DNA from: Eledone cirrhosa
Lineage: Eukaryota
Reading direction: 5' to 3'
Assembly: GCA_964016885.1 (NCBI GenBank)
Contig: OZ024763.1
Coordinates: forward strand, 22,754,001 to 22,818,000
Length of the DNA: 64,000 nt
Shown: one piece after another, positions 54,679-64,000 of the stretch
Numbering within the stretch: position 1 is the first letter of the stretch
How the letters are laid out: the number at the start of each line of letters is the position of its first letter
Program-made: the position numbers and the translations under genes
The notes under the pieces: model-generated
Database searches by the model: none
What the model was told of the DNA's origin: nothing
Seen by the model: the letters and a program-made list of their open reading frames with translations, nothing else

Positions 54679-55375
54679 ATACATTTAAAGTGTACGGTGA
54701 ACACGAAGTGTGTTTACATTGCAACAGACAAAGTTAGCTATTAATGAAATAAACTAATAAAAGTGAATACAATTTGTCTGTCTCGATATAAGTCAATAAA
54801 GACAATATTATATTGGCAACAGCCATGATTCCTGGACATATTTAAATTTCAAAATTCAAACCTGTTCTGTAGACGAATTTGAACTTCGAAACCCAAATAA
54901 GTTTCGCAACGGTGGAATGTGAATTGAAAAATAAAGAGAATCGAAATGGAATAGAAATAAAAGAGTGAAATACCCAAATCTTCTGTGCTTATTAACAGGA
55001 ATCCAGTAAGATTAGTCTATCACACATTTTTGATGTGTGATAGACTAATCTTACTGGATTCCTGTTGATAAGCACAGAAGATTTGGGTATTTCACTCTTT
55101 TATTTCTATTCCATTTCGATTCTCTTTATTTTTCAATTCACATTCCACCGTTGCGAAACTTATTTGGGTTTCGAAGTTCAAATTCGTCTACAGAACAGGT
55201 TTGAATTTTGAAATTTAAATATGTCCAGGAATCATGGCTGTTGCCAATATAATATTGTCTTTATTGACTTATATCGAGACAGACAAATTGTATTCACTTT
55301 TATTAGTTTATTTCATTAATAGGTAACTTTGTCTGTTGCAATGTAAACACACTTCGTGTTCACCGCACACTTTAA

Positions 55376-55381
<6 letters not shown>
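54679..55381. repeat. Near-perfect 703-bp palindrome (349-bp arms, 5-nt loop at 55028..55032)
   Basis: The arms are reverse complements with about 3 mismatches seen; the right end abuts (TA)n. Confidence 0.93.
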
Positions 55382-55413
<32 letters not shown>

Positions 55414-55484
55414 TTAAAAAACAAACAAACAAAACACAGGAGGCAATTTTACACAGTTATATTAGGTTGGTGGAAGTGGAGGAG

Positions 55485-55512
55485 GACGTTTCGGACAGAA
55501 GTCCTTCATCAG
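55485..55512 (-). ncRNA. Hammerhead core lacking a clear stem I (similar degenerate copy at 32346..32380, minus)
   Basis: CTGATGA-aggac-ttct-gtcc-GAAACGTC. Confidence 0.5.
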
Positions 55513-56273
55513 GAATGTTCGGATAAGGGGAGAACAGGAACTCAGAGGAAAAGTAAGAGGGTCTGCTTACCAAGATACCCTCATAGAAAGAAACAATGCA
55601 GTTATTAATAAGAAGAGCTGAAATTAATACATGCAATATTTCACAGCTCTAGCATTACTCCTTCATAGTCAGCCTAAGAACATTTCAGCCGACATTCGTA
55701 GTGAAAGTGGCTGAGTATTCCACAGACATGTCTACCTCTAAAGTAATGTAATTCTCAGTAGAACACAATATATAACAAGGTTGAACCATACAATTGCAGG
55801 CACAATATTTATCTGGCAGGCTTCCACATAGTTTCTGTCAGCCCAATTTGCCACACCTGGGCTACGGGGGAGGGGGAGGGTCTATGTTGAAAAAAAAACA
55901 ATAAAAAAACAGAATACACCTTGATTAAAATGCCATAAGGTAGGATTGAACCTTTAACCTCGTGTTGACAATGTAAAATTCGTTAACCAGTCAGTCACAC
56001 CTGAGTGGTTTTAGCACAAATAACAATACCTGTGTAACATTCTAGGTGGAAATGAAATTATAATAATAAAAGACACCCTCCTGTGAGGTATGCCAGGGTA
56101 GAGCTCATTGAGGTAGACCTACATACCTATATATATATATATACTGTTTATGGATGTCAGCAAATATATATGCATGTGTGTATATATATATATATATATT
56201 TATGTATATATATACATACATACTCACAAACACATATATTCCATGACCTCCTTTGTAAACTATATATATATAT

Positions 56274-57049
56274 ATCATCATCATCATCATCATCGTTTAA
56301 CATCCGTGTTCCATGCTTGCATGGGTTTCGACGGGAGTTTTCCCACTTGAGGCAAGAGTGGTTGTCTTGCTCGCATAGGACTGTCTGGCGGGTTTTCTAC
56401 AGTTGGATGCCCTTCCTAACACCAACCACATTTACAGTGTGGGGCTGGGAGGTTTTTACCGTGTTGCCTACACGGCCACATTACAGCGTGGACTGTGTGT
56501 TTTTTTTTTCGTGACACCTACACGATCTCATTTGTTTCGGCCTGGATTTTGTGGCACCAACATAACTTTACATTGAAAGGGGCGGTGTGGATGGGGTGGG
56601 GGTGGTGGGACGGGGGTGTATTTTGTTAGAGATGCCTACTGACTGTAGTAGGTTTTACTTTGTATTTAGGTAAGGCGGGTCTTCTCTGTTACTGAGTACC
56701 GCCAAAGGTCTCGGTCCAGTGACATTGTCTTGGAGAGGTGTAAGTGTGTGAGGTCGGAATTTATCAGCTCGTCCCAGGTTTTTCTGGGTCTGCCTACTCC
56801 GTGGCTACCATCTATCTTTATTGCCCTGCACTTTGTTATACAGCTGTCGTCTTTCATGTGCATCACGTGACCATACCAACGTAGCCTTCTCTCGAGTAAA
56901 CAACATCTGGTCCCTCTTATTTCTAATTTTTTCCTTAGTTCGTTTATGCTTTGCCGTTCGCGTATATTACTATTACACATCCAGCGGAGCATGCAAGCTT
57001 CGTTCCTCTCTAGTCTGCGTATATCCTCTGCACACAATGCCCAGGTCTC
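56274..57049 (-). mobile_element. RTE LINE 3' fragment (open frame 56666 onward)
   Basis: [17 protein letters not shown]...RRLRWYGHVM...DRDLWR; very similar to 886..1714; (TA)n at both ends. Confidence 0.9.
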
Positions 57050-57060
57050 AATATATATAT

Positions 57061-57410
57061 ATATTATTCGAAATGTTAACAAATGAAAAATATTCTGATA
57101 ATCAAAATATATACTTTATTATATATATTTCAAAGGTAATGTGTTGTTTTTTCAGTATGTCCTCATCAGACAAAATATATGATTTGATATATGACATACT
57201 GCAACGGTCTTGATTATTCATTTTGTCTGATGAGGACGTACTGAAAAAACAGCACAGTACCTTTGAAATATTTTGATTATGCGAATGTTTTTCATTTGTT
57301 AACATTTTGAATAATATTAAAAATTCCAGGAAAACTCACAGTTGAGTGCTTCTAATCTATTGTAAAACTGTATTCGTTGAGTAATCAACAAACCATATTA
57401 ATCTTTGGTT
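57061..57410. mobile_element. (TA)n-flanked fold-back hammerhead element, paralogue of 33760..34148
   Basis: Minus-strand hammerhead at 57113..57176 has an intact core; the plus copy (CTGATGA at 57227) has lost its cleavage site; termini match the 33.8-kb copy. Confidence 0.8.
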
Positions 57411-57464
57411 ATATATATATATATTTCAGTTCATACAAACTCAGCTTATGGTCAATGCTATCAC

Positions 57465-58560
57465 GACTACACTACACTAGATTACATTACATTTACATTA
57501 CATTACACCATACCATACCACACTACACCACACCACACTACACCACACCACACTACACCACACCACACCACACCACACTACACCACACCACACTACACCA
57601 CACCACACCCACCACACCACACCACACCACACTACACCACACCACACTACACCACACCACACCACACCACACCACACTACACCACACCACACTACACCAC
57701 ACCACACTACACCACACCACACCACACCACACCACACTACACCACACCACGCCTACCACACCACACTACACCACACCACACCCACCACACTACACCACAC
57801 CATACCACACTACACTACACCCACCAAACTACACCACACCACACCACACCACACCACACTACACCACACCACACTACACCACACTCACCACACTACACCA
57901 CACCACACCCACCACACTACACCACACCACACCACACTACACTACACCACACCACACCACACCACACTACACCACACCCACCACACTACACTACACCACA
58001 CCCACCACACTACACCACACCCACCACACTACACCACACCACACCACACTACACCACACCACACTACACCACACCACACTACACCACACCCACCACACTA
58101 CACCACCCCACACCCACCACACTACACCACACCCACCACACTACACAACACCACACCACACTACACCCACCAAACTACACCACACCACACTACACCACAC
58201 CACACTACACCACACTACACCACACCCACCACACTACACCACACCACACCCACCACACTACACCACACCACACCACACTACACTACACCACACCACACCA
58301 CACCACACCACACCACACTACACTACACCCACCAAACTACACCACACCACACCACACTACACCACACCACACTACACCACACCCACCACACTACACCACA
58401 CCACACCCACCACACTACACCACACCACACCACACCACACCACACTACACTACAGTACACTACACTACACCACACCACACCACAACACACCAGACCACAC
58501 TACACCACACCACACCACACCACACTACACCCACCAAACTACACCACACCACACCACACT
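57465..58560. repeat. (CACCA/CACTA)n pentanucleotide array
   Basis: Direct inspection; source of the His/Thr-rich pseudo-ORFs. Confidence 0.95.
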
Positions 58561-61500
58561 ACAGTGCACTCAGAACACACACACAGCGATAGGTGCACTC
58601 TGAACACACACACACACACAGCGACAGGTGCACTCAGAACACACACACAGCGATAGGTGCACTCTGAACACACACACACACAGCGACAGGTGCACTCAGA
58701 ACACACACACAGCGATAGGTGCACTCTGAACACACACACACACACAGCGACAGGTGCACTCTGAACGCACACAGCGACACAACGACAGGTGCACTCAGAA
58801 CACACACACAGCGATAGATGCACTCTGAACAAACACACACACACAGCGACAGGTGCACTCAGAACACACACACAGCGATAGGTGCACTCTGAACACACAC
58901 ACACACACAGCGACACAGCGACAGGTGCACTCAGAACACACACACACACACAGCGACAGGTGCACTCAGAACACACACACACACACAGCGACAGGTGCAC
59001 TCTGAACACACACACACACAGCGATAGGTGCACTCAGAACACACACACACACAGCGACAGGTGGACTCTGAACACAGACACACAGCGACAGGTGCACTCT
59101 GAACACACACACACACAGCGATAGGTGCACTCAGAACACACACACACAGCGACAGGTGCACTCTGAACACACACACACAGCGACAGGTGCACTCTCAACA
59201 CACACACACACAGCGATAGGTGCACTCAGAACACACACACACACACAGCGACAGGTGCACTCTGAACACACAAACACACACAGCGATAGGTGCACTCAGA
59301 ACACACACACATACACAGCGACAGGTGCACTCTGAACACACACACACACAGCGATAGGTGCACTCAGAACACATACACACAGCGACAGGTGCACTCTGAA
59401 CACACACACACACACAGCGACAGGTGCACTCTGAACACACACACACACAGCGATAGGTGCACTCTGAACACACACACACACACACAGCGATAGGTGCACT
59501 CTGAACACACACACACACACACAGCGACAGGTGCACTCTTAACACACACACACACACAGCGATAGGTGCACTCTGAACACACACACACACACAGCGACAG
59601 GTGCACTCTGAACACACACACGCACAGCGATAGGTGCACTCTGAACACACACACACACACAGCGACAGGTGCACTCTGAACACACACACAGCGATAGGTG
59701 CACTCTGAACACACACACACACACACAGCGACAGGTGCACTCTGAACACACACACACACACAGCGACATGTGTACTCTGAACACACACACAGCGACAGGT
59801 GCACTCTGAACACACACACAGCGACAGGTGCACTCTGAACACACACACACAGCGACAGGTGCACTCTGAACACACACACAGCGACAGGTGCACTCTGAAC
59901 ACACACACAGCGACAGGTGCACTCTGAACACACACACACACAGCGACAGGTGCACTCTGAACACACACACACACAGCGATAGGTGCACTCTGAACACACA
60001 CACACACAGCGACAGGTGCACTCTGAACACACACACACACACAGCGACAGGTGCACTCTGAACACACACACACACAGCGACAGGTGCACTCTGAACACAC
60101 ACACACACAGCGATAGGTGCACTCTGAACACACACACACACACAGCGAGAGGTTCACTCTGAACACACACACACACACACAGCGATAGGTGCACTCTGAA
60201 CACACACACACACACAGCGATAGGTCCACTCTGAACACACACACACAGCGATAGGTGCACTCTGAACACACACACACACACACACAGCGACAGGTGCACT
60301 CTGAACACACACACACACAGCAACAGGTGCACTCTGAACACACACACACACAGCGACAGGTGCACTCTGAACACACACACACACAGCGACAGGTGCACTC
60401 TGAACACACACACACACACACAGCGATAGGTGCACTCTGAACACACACAGCGACAGGTGCACTCTGAACACACACACACACACAGCGACAGGTGCACTCT
60501 GAACACACACACACACACACACACAGCGATAGGTGCACTCTGGACACACACACACACACACAGCGACAGGTGCACTCTGAACACACACACACACAGCGAC
60601 AGGTGCACTCTGAACACACACACACACAGCGACAGGTGCACTCTGAACACACACACACAGCGATAGGTGCACTCTGAACACACACACACACAGTGACATG
60701 TGCACTCTGAACTAACACACACAGCGACAGGTGCACTCTGTACACACACACAAACAGCGACAGGTGCCCTCTGAACACACACACAGCGACAGGTGCACTC
60801 TGAACACACACACACAGCGACAGGTGCACTCTGAACACACACACACACAGCGACAGGTGCACTCTGAACACACACACAGCGACAGGTGCACTCTGAACAC
60901 ACACACACACAGCGATAGGTGCACTCTGAACACACACACAGCAACAGGTGCACTCTGAACACACACACAGCGACAGGTGCACTCTGAACACACACACAGC
61001 GACAGGTGCACTCTGAACACACACACACACAGCGATAGGTGCACTCTGAACACACACACACACACACAGCGACAGGTGCACTCTGAACACACACACACAC
61101 AGCGATAGGTGCACTCTGGACACACACACACACACAGCGACAGGTGCACTCTGAACACACACACACACAGCGATAGGTGCACTCTGAACACACACACACA
61201 CACACAGCGATAGGTGCATTCTGGACACACACACACACACACAGCGACAGGTGCACTCTGAACAGACACACGGCGACAGGTGCACTCTGAACAGACACAC
61301 AGCGACAGGTGCACTCTGAACACACAGACACACACAGCGATAGGTGCACTCTGAACACACACACAGCGACAGGTGCACTCTGAACACACACACACACAGC
61401 GACAGGTGCACTCTGCACACACACAAACACACAGCGATAGGTGCACTCTGAACACACACACACACACAGCGACAGGTGCACTCTGAACACACATACACAC

Positions 61501-64000
61501 AGTGACAGGTGCACTCTGAACACACACACACACACAGCGACAGGTGCACTCTGAACACACACACACACACAGCGATAGGTGCACTCTGAACACACACACA
61601 CACACAGCGACAGGTGCACTCTGAACACACACACACACAGCGACAGGTGCACTCTGAACACACACACACACACAGCGATAGGTGCACTCTGAACACACAC
61701 ACACACACAGCGACAGGTGCACTCTGAAGACACACACACAGACAGCGATAGGTGCACTCTGAACACACACACACAGCGATAGGTGCACTCTGAACACACA
61801 CACAGCGATAGGTGCACTCTGAACACACACACACAGCGATAGGTGCACTCTGAACACACATACACAGCGATAGGTGCACTCGGAACACACACACACACAG
61901 CGACAGGTGCACTCTGAACACACACACACACAGCGATAGGTGCACTCTGAACACACACACACACAGCGACAGGTGCACTCTGAACACACACACACACACA
62001 GCGATAGGTGCACTCTGAACACACACACACACACAGCGATAGGTGCACTCTGAACACACACACAGCGATAGGTGCACTCTGAACACACATACACAGCGAT
62101 AGGTGCACTCTGAACACACACACACACAGCGATAGATGCACTCTGAACACACACACAGCGATAGGTGCACTCTGAACACACACACACACAGCGATAGGTG
62201 CACTCTGAACACACACACACACACAGCGATAGGTGCACTCTGAACACACACACAGCGACAGGTGCACTCTGAACACACACACACACAGCGACAGGTGCAC
62301 TCTGAACACACACACAGCGACAGGTGCACTCTGAACACACACACAGCGACAGGTGCACTCTGAACACACAGACACACACAGCGATAGGTGCACTCTGAAC
62401 ACACACACACACACACAGCGATAGGTGCACTCTGAACACACACACACACAGCGATAGGTGCACTCTGAACACACACACAGCGACAGGTGCACTCTGAACA
62501 CACACACAGCGACAGGTGCACTCTGAACACACACACAGCTACAGGTGCACTCTGAACACACACACACACACAGCGAGAGGTGCACTCTGAACACACACAC
62601 ACACAGCGATAGGTGCACTCTGAACACACACACACAGCGACAGGTGCACTCTGAACACACACACAAACAGCGACAGGTGCACTCTGAACACACACACAGC
62701 GATAGGTGCACTCTGAACACACACACACACAGCGGCAGGTGCACTCTGAACACACACACACAGCGATAGGTGCACTCTGAACACACACACACACACACAC
62801 ACAGCGATAGGTGCACTCTGAACACACACACAGCGATAGGTGCACTCTGAACACACACACACACAGCGATAGGTGCACTCTGAACACACACACACAGCCA
62901 CAGGTGCACTCTGAACACACACACACACAGCGACAGGTGCACTCTGAACACACACACACAGCGACAGGTGCACTCTGAACACACACACAGCGATAGGTGC
63001 ACTCTGAACACACACACACACACACAGCGATAGGTGCACTCTGAACACACACACACACACACAGCGACAGGTGCACTCTGAACACACACACAGCGACAGG
63101 TGCACTCTGAACACACAGACACACACAGCGATAGGTGCACTCTGAACACACACACAGCGACAGGTGCACTCTGAACACACACACAGCGACAGGTGCACTC
63201 TGAACACACACACAGCGACAGGTGCACTCTGAACACACACACAGCGACAGGTGCACTCTGGACACACACACAGCGACAGGTGCACTCTGAACACACACAC
63301 ACACACAGCGATAGGTGCACTCTGAACACACACACACACACAGCGATAGATGCACTCTGAACACACACACAAACAGCGATAGGTGCACTCTGAACACACA
63401 CACAGCGACAGGTGCACTCTGAACACACACACAAACAGCGACAGGTGCACTCTGAACACACACACAGCGACAGGTGCACTCTGAACACACACACACACAC
63501 ACAGCGACAGGTGCACTCTGAACACACACACAGCGACAGGTGCACTCTGAACACACACAGCGACAGGTGCACTCTGAACACACAGACACACACAGCGATA
63601 GGTGCACTCTGAACACACACACACACAAACACCGACAGGTGCACTCTGAACACACACACAGCGACAGGTGCACTCTGAACACACACACACAGCGATAGGT
63701 GCACTCTGAACACACACACACACACAGCGATAGGTGCACTCTGAACACACACACACACAGCGATAGGTGCACTCTGAACACACACACACACACAGCGATA
63801 GGTGCACTCTGAACACACACACACACACAGCGATAGGTGCACTCTGAACACACACACACCCAGCGATAGGTGCACTCTGAACACATACACACACAGCGAT
63901 AGGTGCACTCTGAACACACACACAGCGACAGGTGCACTCTGAACACACACACACACAGCGATAGGTGCACTCTGAACACACACACACAGCGATAGGTGCA
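58561..64000. repeat. Satellite: 21-bp core + variable (CA)n, running off the window end
   Basis: Core CAGCGA(C/T)AGGTGCACTCTGAA, roughly 160 units. Confidence 0.97.

Noticed and set aside
55060-55180. Hammerhead within the long palindrome (CTGTTGA...GCGAAAC)
   Set aside because: The core is mismatched and no consistent stem I or II pairing could be built.
57377-58603. His/Thr/Pro-rich ~400-aa ORFs (mucin- or histidine-rich-protein-like)
   Set aside because: Pentanucleotide CACCA/CACTA array, open in more than one frame.
59195-63987. 1596-aa and 1539-aa Cys-rich ORFs (metallothionein- or keratin-like appearance)
   Set aside because: Translation of the stop-free strand of a CA satellite, open in several frames at once.

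Overview
Eukaryotic (animal) genomic DNA, extremely rich in microsatellites and repeats. The SINE and LINE families and the (TA)n/(GT)n density suggest a coleoid cephalopod such as Octopus; this is an inference. There is one convincing host gene, an uninterrupted 550-aa ORF at 20311..21963 (+) with an N-terminal PTB/PID-like domain. The rest is: (i) about six same-orientation, 5'-truncated Tx1/L1-clade LINE copies stacked in one (TATC)n tract at 7.5-12.4 kb; (ii) many RTE-clade, Rex3/Expander-like, RTEX-like and R4/Dong-like LINE fragments, mostly bounded by (TA)n; (iii) tRNA-derived SINEs and MITEs; (iv) large tandem arrays (123-bp, 23-bp, 72-bp, a 13.6-kb core+(GT)n satellite and a 5.4-kb core+(CA)n satellite), several visibly derived from transposon fragments; and (v) about 17 loci with type I hammerhead ribozyme cores (CUGANGA...GAAA...UH), intact or partial. 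Most hammerhead loci sit in short (TA)n-flanked fold-back patches with no ORF, resembling Penelope pseudo-LTR or retrozyme-like elements. Nearly all other listed ORFs are translations of simple repeats. All structures were read by eye and nothing was computed or searched.
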